Assembly: GCA_965219385.1 (NCBI GenBank)
Contig: CBDCNM010000002.1
Location: forward strand, 1 to 32,638
DNA length: 32,638 bases
Direction: 5' to 3'
Origin: Candidatus Latescibacterota bacterium
GTDB taxonomy: Bacteria; Latescibacterota; UBA2968; UBA8231
Shown: piece after piece, positions 17,609-26,323 of the stretch
How the letters are laid out: the number at the start of each line of letters is the position of its first letter
How positions within the stretch are numbered: position 1 is the first letter of the stretch
Made by a program: the position numbers and the translations under genes
Notes under the pieces: generated by a model
The model's input: only the letters and a program-made list of their open reading frames with translations
What the model was told of the DNA's origin: nothing
Databases searched by the model: none

Positions 17609-19057
17609 GCTCGACTTTATCCATTTATGTAGCGTACGAGACGGTGTGTATCAAGCGGTTGAGTAGGCTTCGAGGGATTTTTATCAGGTCGTGTTGGTTG
17701 GGCAGGTTGGAAAAAGCCTGCCAGAGCCGTTGTCGGACCCAGGCCACGGCATCGGAAAAGGTGGGTTTTCGTTTGCCATACCAGGCCGTGGCATGGCAGG
17801 GGGAGGCGCTTTTGGGGGCCAGCCGATTGGCGATGAGGGCGACCAGACTAAACAAGGCCAAGATGACCGGCGTGGTCCGGGCAATGGCCCGCTCATTCCA
17901 TTGGCGTTGGGTTTCCATGCCCAGATGGGCGCGGGCTTCCTCAAAGGTAGTTTCTACCGACCAGCGTTGGAGAAAATAGGTCAGCATTTGCCGAGGGGAC
18001 AGACGCACATCGGTCGAGAGCAAGGCTTGGGGCGCGAAGCGGCCGGCCGGGTCTCGGATCAGCAGCCAGCGGAGGGGCACGGCGGGCAAGCCAGTGTGAT
18101 ACCACAGCGCCGTTTGGCTGTAGGTTTCCACTGTATAGGGGCCGGCGGCATACCACCGGTCCAGGGTGAGGGGGTGCCAAGGGGTAGTCGGATCGTCCAG
18201 GTGCTGCTGGAGGGTGGGCTGCCGGGCGCCTTTGCCGCGGGGGCGTCCCCGCGTGTGCGGCGTGCGGGTTGGTGGTGGGTCATACAGGGCCGCATCCAAC
18301 CGCAAGCGGGTAATCAGCCCCACGTGGGGCCGAACCGCGTCGAGAAAGGCCAAGGCGGAGAAGGTGCTATCGGCGACCACGACCAGCCGGCGGGTGGGCA
18401 GCCAGCGCGCTACCAGCTTGAGCATAGTCTGCCCCCGTTGCAACAGGGTGAGGGGGGTGCGCTGGCGCTGAGTATAGTAGCGGGCCGACGGACACAGCAC
18501 ACTCATAAAGGGTAAGGCCCAACTTCGATCCGCCCAAGGGATAGGCGCTACCAGCATCAACGACAGCCAGCGCAAGCCGCTAGCCTTGACCAGGTGGGGC
18601 CCACTCGAGCGGACGGGATCCCGGTAGATGCCTCGGGCCCCAATCTGGGCGCCCCGGCGCCGCTCGATGGTCTCATCCAGGCCCAGGACCAGGGGCCCGT
18701 GGGGGGCAAAGGCGGCCACCAACGCCTGGAGGAGTAGCTTACTGCCGGCCAGGGGCGACCACACACAGCGGTTGAGGATCCGGTGGTAGGTTTGAAAGGT
18801 AGGCTGTTGGCTCAAGCCCAACACCTCCAACACGGCGCTGACCGTGCGTTTACCCGGGGCTAACAGCGCCCCGACCAACAGCGTCTGAGCCTGCGGCCAA
18901 ACGCGGCTCGAAAAAAGGGGGGCAAAGGGCGACAAAATCGTTATTATATCTTTCGGCAGGGGGCTCATCGGTTTCTCCTGGGCTGTCGATGCTTGGATAC
19001 CATCAACAGTACGGAGGATACCGGCCTCCTGCCATGCGCGTTTGGATAAAATCGAGC
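17609..19057 (-). mobile_element. IS701-like insertion sequence, copy 1 (1449 bp)
   Basis: TIRs GCTCGACTTTATCCA and GCTCGATTTTATCCA (14/15), with TAA on both sides (alternatively a CTAAG duplication). A second copy lies at 23702-25150. Confidence 0.92.
17625..18968 (-). CDS. DDE transposase (IS701-like)
   Basis: 447 aa with LDETIERR, VVADSTF, ITRLRLDAALY and YFLQRWSVETTFEE. The family assignment is from recall of motifs. Confidence 0.9.
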   Translation of the reverse strand: MSPLPKDIITILSPFAPLFSSRVWPQAQTLLVGALLAPGKRTVSAVLEVLGLSQQPTFQTYHRILNRCVWSPLAGSKLLLQALVAAFAPHGPLVLGLDETIERRRGAQIGARGIYRDPVRSSGPHLVKASGLRWLSLMLVAPIPWADRSWALPFMSVLCPSARYYTQRQRTPLTLLQRGQTMLKLVARWLPTRRLVVVADSTFSALAFLDAVRPHVGLITRLRLDAALYDPPPTRTPHTRGRPRGKGARQPTLQQHLDDPTTPWHPLTLDRWYAAGPYTVETYSQTALWYHTGLPAVPLRWLLIRDPAGRFAPQALLSTDVRLSPRQMLTYFLQRWSVETTFEEARAHLGMETQRQWNERAIARTTPVILALFSLVALIANRLAPKSASPCHATAWYGKRKPTFSDAVAWVRQRLWQAFSNLPNQHDLIKIPRSLLNRLIHTVSYAT

Positions 19058-19073
19058 TAAGGGGAGATAGTTC

Positions 19074-19445
19074 ATGCGCATATTACCCTGGGAGAGCAAC
19101 AAAGCGGAAAGCAAATTATCCGCGTACCTGGATGGAGAACTGGACGATCAGGAGGCCGCCGAACTGGGCGAACGCCTGGTTTTCGATGTTGAATTCAAAG
19201 AGAAAAAGGAGGCCTATAAAAGGCTTTTCGAACTCGTCGATCTGGCTACTTCGCCAGCCTCCCTTCCCGATTCCACGGCTTTTGCCGACCACCTGGTGAA
19301 AAATCTGGGTGGGCCGTCCCCCAAAGCACAGGCCGCGCCCTTACCCTCCAGGAGCAAATTGAAGCCTGCGCTTCTGGCTTCCGTCGGCATTCTGCTCACC
19401 GCTGGTCTGGCATTTGCCGGACTGCGGCGGCGCGGTCTCGTTTGA
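19074..19445 (+). CDS. Putative anti-sigma factor (zf-HC2-like, lacking zinc ligands, C-terminal TM helix)
   Basis: KLSAYLDGELDDQEAAEL plus a C-terminal hydrophobic helix. It is adjacent to the ECF sigma once the IS and repeat are removed. Confidence 0.75.
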   Translation: MRILPWESNKAESKLSAYLDGELDDQEAAELGERLVFDVEFKEKKEAYKRLFELVDLATSPASLPDSTAFADHLVKNLGGPSPKAQAAPLPSRSKLKPALLASVGILLTAGLAFAGLRRRGLV

Positions 19446-19461
19446 GCGGGAGCAAGCCATT

Positions 19462-20337
19462 GTGAACTGGTTCGAAAGAATGAAGAAAGGGCTCAAGACC
19501 CGGATCAAACGCGAGGTGCCCGAAGGCATCTGGAGCCAGTGCAAACAATGCGGCCAGACGGTCTACCAGAATGCCCTGAAACGCAATCACTGGGTCTGTC
19601 CCGAATGCGGCTACCACTTTCTCATCGGGCACCAGCAATACGTCGACCTGCTGGTAGACAACGGCAGTTTCGTGGAATTGGACTACGGCCTAACCGCGGC
19701 TGATCCACTCAAGTTCAAAGACCACAAACGCTACTCCGACCGCATTAAAGCCGGCCGGAAAGAAAGCGGCTTGAACGAGGCCATCCACACCGGGATCGGA
19801 TGCATCGGCGGATATCCGGTAGCCCTGGGAATCATGGATACCCGCTTCATCATGGGCAGCCTGGGTGGAGCCACGGGAGAAAAAATCAGCCGTCTGATCG
19901 ATCGCGCCCTGGTCGATCGACGCTCCCTGATCCTGGTCTGCCAGTCGGGCGGAGCGCGCATGCAGGAGAGCGCCTACTCCCTGATGCAACTGGCCAAGAT
20001 CAGCGCCAAACTGCACCAGCTGGAACGCGTCGGCCTGCTCTACATAGCCGTCTTGACCGATCCTACCTACGGCGGGGTCACTGCCAGTTTCGGCATGCTC
20101 GGCGATGTTATCCTGGCCGAACCTGGAGCCCGGATCGGCTTTGCCGGCCAGTCCGTCATCAAACAGTTCCTCGGATCCGATGTCCTGCCCGAGGGGTTTC
20201 AGATGGCCGAAACCGTGCTCGAGCACGGATTTATCGACCGCATCGTCCGACGCGACGAACTGGCCGCCACCCTGGCCCGTCTCATCGCTTTGCTGGCACC
20301 TGCCCAGGAGCAAGAGCCTTCCGCCGCCGGGTCCTGA
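19462..20337 (+). CDS. accD: Acetyl-CoA carboxylase carboxyltransferase beta subunit
   Basis: VPEGIWSQCKQC...VCPECGYH zinc finger, FIMGSLG, SGGARMQE, DPTYGGVTASF. GTG start with RBS GGGAG. Confidence 0.96.
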   Translation: MNWFERMKKGLKTRIKREVPEGIWSQCKQCGQTVYQNALKRNHWVCPECGYHFLIGHQQYVDLLVDNGSFVELDYGLTAADPLKFKDHKRYSDRIKAGRKESGLNEAIHTGIGCIGGYPVALGIMDTRFIMGSLGGATGEKISRLIDRALVDRRSLILVCQSGGARMQESAYSLMQLAKISAKLHQLERVGLLYIAVLTDPTYGGVTASFGMLGDVILAEPGARIGFAGQSVIKQFLGSDVLPEGFQMAETVLEHGFIDRIVRRDELAATLARLIALLAPAQEQEPSAAGS

Positions 20338-20339
20338 GC

Positions 20340-20354
20340 TGAGAAGCCGTCTGA
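20340..20354 (+). repeat. Solo arm of the GAAGCCGTC repeat between convergent genes
   Basis: TGAGAAGCCGTCTGA. Confidence 0.65.
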
Positions 20355-20361
20355 GCCGATT

Positions 20362-21696
20362 TCAAAAGATATTCCGGTACTTCATCCCCACGCAGACTTG
20401 CTCGGAAGAAACGCCGAGCCCCAGACGGATCACAAAGTCCGAATTCCAGTAGAGCCGCAGGCCCGCTCCCCCGGTCACGTGCAGGTCGCCCAGGGACATC
20501 TGGTCCAGGTCCGGCCAGACCCGGCCGGTATCCACAAAGCCGATGCCGTGCCATTCGAGGTATTGTCTGAAAAACCGCATGGTGTAGAGGTGGTAGCGGA
20601 GTTCCGCATTGTTAAAAAAGCGGACATCGTCGACGAAACGCTGGGTGTCGAAACCGCGCAGGGTCTCGCCCCCACCCAGCCCCTTGACCCTTCTACTGCC
20701 CCCTATCTCCCCGTACGCATAGAGGGGCACGGAGCCGTTGAGGGCTTCGAAAACCGTGCGGTGCGCCAGATTCAGGCGCTCTGAAAGCCGATAATAGCGC
20801 ACGTCGGTAAAGGTATAGCGCCGGAAGTCGATTTCTTCGAAGAAAAGTCCTACCAGGGAGTTGCGCGAGGTTTCGTAGGACCACTCGTGAAAGACGCCCT
20901 GACGCGCAATGTTGTCGTCGTCGCGGGTGTCCCACTGCAGCGTCAGGGTGACAAAACCAGTAAACCCATCTATGGCCCCTCCCGGCGCCTCGTCTACGTA
21001 CTTGGAGTGTTGCCCGCGCCTGCTGACATCCGTGCGCTCCAGACCCAGGCCGATCGAGGTGGAAACCGGCCCGTAGATTTGGCGCAAAAGGCTGAAGATG
21101 AACCTGGGCTTTTCGAGAATGTAGTGGTAGTAGTTTTCGTCTCTGAATTGCGGGCTCTGGGGATCGGTATAGGCCCTGATATTATCGCTATCATTACCCA
21201 GACCGTAATAACGGGCGCGGATACCGCGCTTTGTCTTGACCAGCAGAATCAGGCCGAACTCCGTCCCTGAAATCCGCGGTACCCTCATCCTGAAGGCGTA
21301 GTCGTACTTGCCTTCGGTGGAGCGCAGCCAGTGCAGGGTCAACTTGTAGTGATAGGGCCGGCCGCTGTAATCCAACCAGTGCAGGCGAGCTCCGTAGTTC
21401 CATCCTGTATTGGGGCTGAAATAGAGTATGGGCAACCCGGTGACGCCATAGTCCACTCCCTTCCAGGTGAACTGCCGGCGCTTTGACATCCAGCGCACGA
21501 CCTCCACGGTCTGGCCGGTGGCCGCCAGCGGATTCGCCTTTGCGAGCGTGGCGGCGATGGTCCCCTTTCCCTTGTGCTGCACCGAGTCTTGCCCGACCTC
21601 TTCAGCCGCTCCCACGGCAACGCAAAGCAACAACAGCAAGCCGGCACTCCAGGTCCAGCAACACCGCCATGGTTCACTTTGAGCTACCTGGAACAT
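20362..21696 (-). CDS. Omp85/BamA-TamA family beta-barrel protein without obvious POTRA domains
   Basis: LQWDTRD, LGGGETLRGF, NAELRY, FVDTGRVW, GAGLRLYW and a terminal F. Start uncertain (21708 possible). Confidence 0.8.
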   Translation of the reverse strand: MFQVAQSEPWRCCWTWSAGLLLLLCVAVGAAEEVGQDSVQHKGKGTIAATLAKANPLAATGQTVEVVRWMSKRRQFTWKGVDYGVTGLPILYFSPNTGWNYGARLHWLDYSGRPYHYKLTLHWLRSTEGKYDYAFRMRVPRISGTEFGLILLVKTKRGIRARYYGLGNDSDNIRAYTDPQSPQFRDENYYHYILEKPRFIFSLLRQIYGPVSTSIGLGLERTDVSRRGQHSKYVDEAPGGAIDGFTGFVTLTLQWDTRDDDNIARQGVFHEWSYETSRNSLVGLFFEEIDFRRYTFTDVRYYRLSERLNLAHRTVFEALNGSVPLYAYGEIGGSRRVKGLGGGETLRGFDTQRFVDDVRFFNNAELRYHLYTMRFFRQYLEWHGIGFVDTGRVWPDLDQMSLGDLHVTGGAGLRLYWNSDFVIRLGLGVSSEQVCVGMKYRNIF

Positions 21697-21725
21697 GCAC
21701 CAGGTCAAACCTCCACCTGCCTCTC

Positions 21726-22550
21726 TCAGCGGCCCCGCTCAAAACGCCGGCGATCCGCTGGGGTGGACTCCACGTCCAGGGCAAACCGAAGCGGAGTAAT
21801 CGCCACTTCTCCACGGTCGAGTGCGGCGATATCTCCGCGACTATCCTCCGGTCCGGGCAACAAGCCGGAAAAGCTGTGCTGAAAACGCCCCGAATCCTCA
21901 TTGCGGGAAAAGATTGCCCCGTACCTCGTGCTGGTCACCCCGGTGAGACACCTGGACGTCCCCTGCATGGTGTCCGGCGGCATGTTCACCGTCAACAAGG
22001 AAGCCCCCTGGGGCAGGCCGTTGTCCAACAACTCCTCCACGATTTCGCGCGTCACCATGGCCGGACCCCCCCACAGACCTTGAATCGCACCCGGGGCCCT
22101 GTCCCGACGCCAGCGGGCGAAGTCCTCGGGCTTGAGCTGCAGCGAAAAGGCGACCGCGGGCAGATTGCAGAGCATACCTTCAATGGCCGCCCCGACCGTA
22201 CCCGAACTCAACATATACGCCAGCCCGGCATTGGTCCCGATGTTGATTCCGGAAACCACCAGCGCCGGCCTGGAATCGAACAGACTGTGGATTCCGATGT
22301 TGACGCAATCGGCCGGATACCCCGTCACGGTCCAGATATTGAAACCACCGATTTCGATCTCGTCCACTTCGAGTTGGGCGAACCGGCTCACGATCTTGGA
22401 GGTCCAGCTGCACTCCGACGCCGGAACCACGGCGCGCACCTCGACGACAGTGGACAGCGCCCCCAACAACGGCGCCAGGGCCGGCGAATCCGCTCCGTCG
22501 TCGTTGGTCACCAGCACCCACGGTTCTGTCTCGCGCACTTTTCGCTCCAC
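21726..22550 (-). CDS. surE: 5'/3'-nucleotidase SurE
   Basis: VLVTNDDG, GYPADCV, LVVSGINIGTNAG, SSGTVGAAIEG. Confidence 0.93.
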   Translation of the reverse strand: MERKVRETEPWVLVTNDDGADSPALAPLLGALSTVVEVRAVVPASECSWTSKIVSRFAQLEVDEIEIGGFNIWTVTGYPADCVNIGIHSLFDSRPALVVSGINIGTNAGLAYMLSSGTVGAAIEGMLCNLPAVAFSLQLKPEDFARWRRDRAPGAIQGLWGGPAMVTREIVEELLDNGLPQGASLLTVNMPPDTMQGTSRCLTGVTSTRYGAIFSRNEDSGRFQHSFSGLLPGPEDSRGDIAALDRGEVAITPLRFALDVESTPADRRRFERGR

Positions 22551-22664
22551 AACTCTTCCTTCCCGGATCCGTCATCGGTGGGAAGCTAAGGAATATAATA
22601 ATAAACTTGATTGCCGACAGCCGTTTTATGTATTTTTTAGCAGCCTTCTCAGGGGAATTCGTCC

Positions 22665-22919
22665 ATGGACGATGCCATTATCCTTCAAGAGCTCGAAACC
22701 CTGGCCGCCGATCTGACCATAGAGGTCCGTTACGATGCCCTGGAAAGTAGAGGAGGGTTATGCCGCTACGGGGGCAAGACCTGTCTGATCGTAAACAGTG
22801 CCCTGTCCATACCCGAACGCGTCCAGCTTCTGAGTAGCGCGCTGTCCCGATTCCCCCTGGACGACGTGTTCTTGCGTCCCCAGGTGCGCCAACTCCTCGA
22901 AGGTAGCAATGCTCTGTAA
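22665..22919 (+). CDS. Small hypothetical protein (84 aa)
   Basis: RBS AGGGGA and a plausible protein (LTIEVRYD...GGLCRYGG...DDVFLRPQVRQLLE). Confidence 0.7.
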   Translation: MDDAIILQELETLAADLTIEVRYDALESRGGLCRYGGKTCLIVNSALSIPERVQLLSSALSRFPLDDVFLRPQVRQLLEGSNAL

Positions 22920-22924
22920 CTACT

Positions 22925-22954
22925 ATTATACTCTCACACTTGTCAGATTGACAA
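22925..22954 (-). promoter_or_regulatory. Putative sigma-70 promoter pointing leftward, antisense to the 84-aa gene
   Basis: Minus-strand TTGTCA-N18-TATAAT, overlapping the palindrome TTGTCA-GAT-TGACAA (22940-22954). Confidence 0.45.
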
Positions 22955-23038
22955 ACATCCTCTCCCTCGCTCTCTGAATCACTCATTTAAGCGCAGAGCA
23001 CCAGACGCATCCCCAGCCTTGTCGTTCCCGTGAGTTTC

Positions 23039-23067
23039 TTGACAGCCTATATAATGCAGCCTATATT
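23039..23067 (+). promoter_or_regulatory. Putative sigma-70 promoter of rpmI-rplT
   Basis: TTGACA-N17-TATATT, about 40 nt upstream of the rpmI start. Confidence 0.65.
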
Positions 23068-23106
23068 TTAAATTTCTCATACTTTGTTCTTTACAAGAGG
23101 TAGCTC

Positions 23107-23304
23107 ATGCCCAAAATCAGAACCCACAAGGCCTCTGCCAAACGTTTTAAGAAGAGGGGATCGGGGAGTCTGAAGCGCCGCAATGCCCTTGCAACCCATA
23201 TTCTGGGCAAGAAGACCACCAAGCGCAAGCGCGCCTTCAGGCGCAACGAATCCATTGCCCCGGCCAATTCAACCAGCGTCAAGCGTGCCCTGGGAATGAA
23301 ATGA
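23107..23304 (+). CDS. rpmI: 50S ribosomal protein L35
   Basis: [16 protein letters not shown]...[12 protein letters not shown]. Confidence 0.96.
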   Translation: MPKIRTHKASAKRFKKRGSGSLKRRNALATHILGKKTTKRKRAFRRNESIAPANSTSVKRALGMK

Positions 23305-23347
23305 CCCGCTTCGTCCGGTATCCGATTGCCATACAGGAGCACCCCAT

Positions 23348-23701
23348 ATGCCCAGAACAAAACACAGCGTTGCCTCCAAGAACCGCAAGAAAAAGGTCCT
23401 CAAACAAGCCAGTGGCTACTGGGGGGGCCGGAGCCGTCTCTTCCGCACGGCCCGAGAAGCCGTCAACCGCGCCCAGTCTTATGCTTATCGGGACCGGCGC
23501 AACAAGAAAAGGGATTTCCGCAGGTTGTGGATCGCGCGGATCAATGCCGCGGCTCGTCTCAATGGAATGTCCTACAGCCAGCTGATCCACGGACTGTCTG
23601 GCGCCGGCATCGAGATCAATCGCAAGATCCTGGCCGATCTGGCCGTTCGGGACCCGGATGCTTTTGCCGCCTTGGTCGAGCAGGCCAGGGCCCATCTCTA
23701 A
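23348..23701 (+). CDS. rplT: 50S ribosomal protein L20
   Basis: [36 protein letters not shown]. Confidence 0.98.
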   Translation: MPRTKHSVASKNRKKKVLKQASGYWGGRSRLFRTAREAVNRAQSYAYRDRRNKKRDFRRLWIARINAAARLNGMSYSQLIHGLSGAGIEINRKILADLAVRDPDAFAALVEQARAHL

Positions 23702-25150
23702 GCTCGACTTTATCCATTTATGTAGCGTACGAGACGGTGTGTATCAAGCGGTTGAGTAGGCTTCGAGGGATTTTTATCAGGTCGTGTTGGTTGGGCAGGT
23801 TGGAAAAAGCCTGCCAGAGCCGTTGTCGGACCCAGGCCACGGCATCGGAAAAGGTGGGTTTTCGTTTGCCATACCAGGCCGTGGCATGGCAGGGGGAGGC
23901 GCTTTTGGGGGCCAGCCGATTGGCGATGAGGGCGACCAGACTAAACAAGGCCAAGATGACCGGCGTGGTCCGGGCAATGGCCCGCTCATTCCATTGGCGT
24001 TGGGTTTCCATGCCCAGATGGGCGCGGGCTTCCTCAAAGGTAGTTTCTACCGACCAGCGTTGGAGAAAATAGGTCAGCATTTGCCGAGGGGACAGACGCA
24101 CATCGGTCGAGAGCAAGGCTTGGGGCGCGAAGCGGCCGGCCGGGTCTCGGATCAGCAGCCAGCGGAGGGGCACGGCGGGCAAGCCAGTGTGATACCACAG
24201 CGCCGTTTGGCTGTAGGTTTCCACTGTATAGGGGCCGGCGGCATACCACCGGTCCAGGGTGAGGGGGTGCCAAGGGGTAGTCGGATCGTCCAGGTGCTGC
24301 TGGAGGGTGGGCTGCCGGGCGCCTTTGCCGCGGGGGCGTCCCCGCGTGTGCGGCGTGCGGGTTGGTGGTGGGTCATACAGGGCCGCATCCAACCGCAAGC
24401 GGGTAATCAGCCCCACGTGGGGCCGAACCGCGTCGAGAAAGGCCAAGGCGGAGAAGGTGCTATCGGCGACCACGACCAGCCGGCGGGTGGGCAGCCAGCG
24501 CGCTACCAGCTTGAGCATAGTCTGCCCCCGTTGCAACAGGGTGAGGGGGGTGCGCTGGCGCTGAGTATAGTAGCGGGCCGACGGACACAGCACACTCATA
24601 AAGGGTAAGGCCCAACTTCGATCCGCCCAAGGGATAGGCGCTACCAGCATCAACGACAGCCAGCGCAAGCCGCTAGCCTTGACCAGGTGGGGCCCACTCG
24701 AGCGGACGGGATCCCGGTAGATGCCTCGGGCCCCAATCTGGGCGCCCCGGCGCCGCTCGATGGTCTCATCCAGGCCCAGGACCAGGGGCCCGTGGGGGGC
24801 AAAGGCGGCCACCAACGCCTGGAGGAGTAGCTTACTGCCGGCCAGGGGCGACCACACACAGCGGTTGAGGATCCGGTGGTAGGTTTGAAAGGTAGGCTGT
24901 TGGCTCAAGCCCAACACCTCCAACACGGCGCTGACCGTGCGTTTACCCGGGGCTAACAGCGCCCCGACCAACAGCGTCTGAGCCTGCGGCCAAACGCGGC
25001 TCGAAAAAAGGGGGGCAAAGGGCGACAAAATCGTTATTATATCTTTCGGCAGGGGGCTCATCGGTTTCTCCTGGGCTGTCGATGCTTGGATACCATCAAC
25101 AGTACGGAGGATACCGGCCTCCTGCCATGCGCGTTTGGATAAAATCGAGC
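23702..25150 (-). mobile_element. IS701-like insertion sequence, copy 2 (1449 bp), on the rplT stop codon
   Basis: Same TIRs, length and translations as copy 1. TAA at 23699-23701 and 25151-25153. Confidence 0.92.
23718..25061 (-). CDS. DDE transposase (IS701-like), same protein as 17625-18968
   Basis: Identical 447-aa translation from MSPLPKD. The upstream extension to 25427 lies outside the IS. Confidence 0.9.
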   Translation of the reverse strand: MSPLPKDIITILSPFAPLFSSRVWPQAQTLLVGALLAPGKRTVSAVLEVLGLSQQPTFQTYHRILNRCVWSPLAGSKLLLQALVAAFAPHGPLVLGLDETIERRRGAQIGARGIYRDPVRSSGPHLVKASGLRWLSLMLVAPIPWADRSWALPFMSVLCPSARYYTQRQRTPLTLLQRGQTMLKLVARWLPTRRLVVVADSTFSALAFLDAVRPHVGLITRLRLDAALYDPPPTRTPHTRGRPRGKGARQPTLQQHLDDPTTPWHPLTLDRWYAAGPYTVETYSQTALWYHTGLPAVPLRWLLIRDPAGRFAPQALLSTDVRLSPRQMLTYFLQRWSVETTFEEARAHLGMETQRQWNERAIARTTPVILALFSLVALIANRLAPKSASPCHATAWYGKRKPTFSDAVAWVRQRLWQAFSNLPNQHDLIKIPRSLLNRLIHTVSYAT

Positions 25151-25175
25151 TAAGAAGCCGTCTTAAAATTCCGGG
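25151..25175 (+). repeat. Left arm of the GAAGCCGTC repeat abutting IS copy 2
   Basis: TAAGAAGCCGTCTTAAAATTCCGGG, identical to 6943-6966. Confidence 0.85.
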
Positions 25176-25218
25176 TGTGTTCCGAGCGTGAGCTTCGGTT
25201 CCGTCTTTCTGTAGCAAA

Positions 25219-26238
25219 ATGGGTATGCTGGAAAAAATCGACGAACTGCGCGAGACTGTGCTGCGCGAAATTGCCTCGGCGGCTGATCTCGACGCCCTGG
25301 AGGAGCTGCGGATTCTCCATCTGGGACGCAAGAGCCGGCTGCGCTTCATCATGAGCCAGATCGGCAGCCTGTCTCCCGAGGAGCGGCCGGCCATAGGCCA
25401 GGCCTCAGGCGCGGCCCAAAAGTCCATTCAGCAGGCCATGGAGCAGCGCCGGCTCGATCTGCAGGAGGCTGCCGAGGTCGAGGCCGGCATGGATATAACC
25501 CTGCCCGGAAGGCGTCCTCTGGCCGGCAAACTCCACCCCCTGACCCTGCTCACCGAAGAACTGGTCGCGATTTTTCAGGGTATGGGGTTCAGGTTGGCCG
25601 ATGGACCGGAGGTCGAGGACGAGTACCACAACTTCGATGCCCTCAACACGCCCGCGGACCACCCGGCGCGCGACCTGCACGATACCTTCTATCTAAAAAA
25701 CGGACATCTCCTGCGCACCCATACCTCCACGGTGCAGATCCGCGTCATGGAGACAACCCCACCTCCCGTGCGCATCATTTCCCCGGGCCGTTGCTACCGC
25801 AGGGACACCGTGGACGCCACCCACCACTTTGCCTTCCACCACATCGAGGGCCTCTACGTGGACAAAGGTGTGTCGTTCGCCGACCTCAAAGGCACCATCA
25901 CGGTGATGGGACGCCAGCTACTGGGCGAGGAGACCCGGGTCCGTTTCCGGCCTCATTTCTTCCCTTTTACCGAGCCCAGCGTGGAGTACGATCTCTCCTG
26001 CTCCATCTGCAAAGGCGCGAACTCCGCCTGCAGGATATGCAAGGGCACTGGCTGGATCGAAATCGCAGGAGCCGGCATGGTGGATCCGGCCGTCTTCGAG
26101 TCCGTGGGCTACGATCCAGAGACCTACACCGGATTTGCCTTTGGCATGGGCATCGACAGGATGGCGATGCTCCGCCACGGCATCAACGATGTCCGCCTGT
26201 TCCTGGAGAACGACCTGCGCTTTATCCGGCAGTTCTGA
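25219..26238 (+). CDS. pheS: Phenylalanine-tRNA ligase alpha subunit
   Basis: NFDALNTPADHPARD, LRTHTSTVQIR, FPFTEPSVE, GFAFGMGIDR. Confidence 0.98.
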   Translation: MGMLEKIDELRETVLREIASAADLDALEELRILHLGRKSRLRFIMSQIGSLSPEERPAIGQASGAAQKSIQQAMEQRRLDLQEAAEVEAGMDITLPGRRPLAGKLHPLTLLTEELVAIFQGMGFRLADGPEVEDEYHNFDALNTPADHPARDLHDTFYLKNGHLLRTHTSTVQIRVMETTPPPVRIISPGRCYRRDTVDATHHFAFHHIEGLYVDKGVSFADLKGTITVMGRQLLGEETRVRFRPHFFPFTEPSVEYDLSCSICKGANSACRICKGTGWIEIAGAGMVDPAVFESVGYDPETYTGFAFGMGIDRMAMLRHGINDVRLFLENDLRFIRQF

Positions 26239-26286
26239 ATAATACCAGCGCAGCACAACGCGCGACGCCTAGTCCGCTGGGGGCTT

Positions 26287-26302
26287 CCCCCCCCCCCCCC
26301 CC
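26287..26302 (+). repeat. Poly-C homopolymer (16 C) in the pheS-pheT spacer
   Basis: Counted directly. Confidence 0.85.
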
Positions 26303-26323
26303 ATTATTCGATAGAATACGGAT

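Noticed and set aside
23454..23464. GAGAAGCCGTC within rplT (and GACGGCTTC in hemG near 6476-6484)
   Set aside because: Short matches encoding ordinary residues (REAV, DGF) in conserved proteins, likely chance.
5430..25175. Repeats as a CRISPR array or integron attC sites
   Set aside because: Copies are dispersed kilobases apart without regular spacers. There are no cas or intI genes and no RYYYAAC/GTTRRRY boxes in the arms.
25062..25427. 569-aa extended transposase ORF
   Set aside because: The extension runs beyond the IS end and antisense to pheS. Copy 1 defines the real 447-aa protein.
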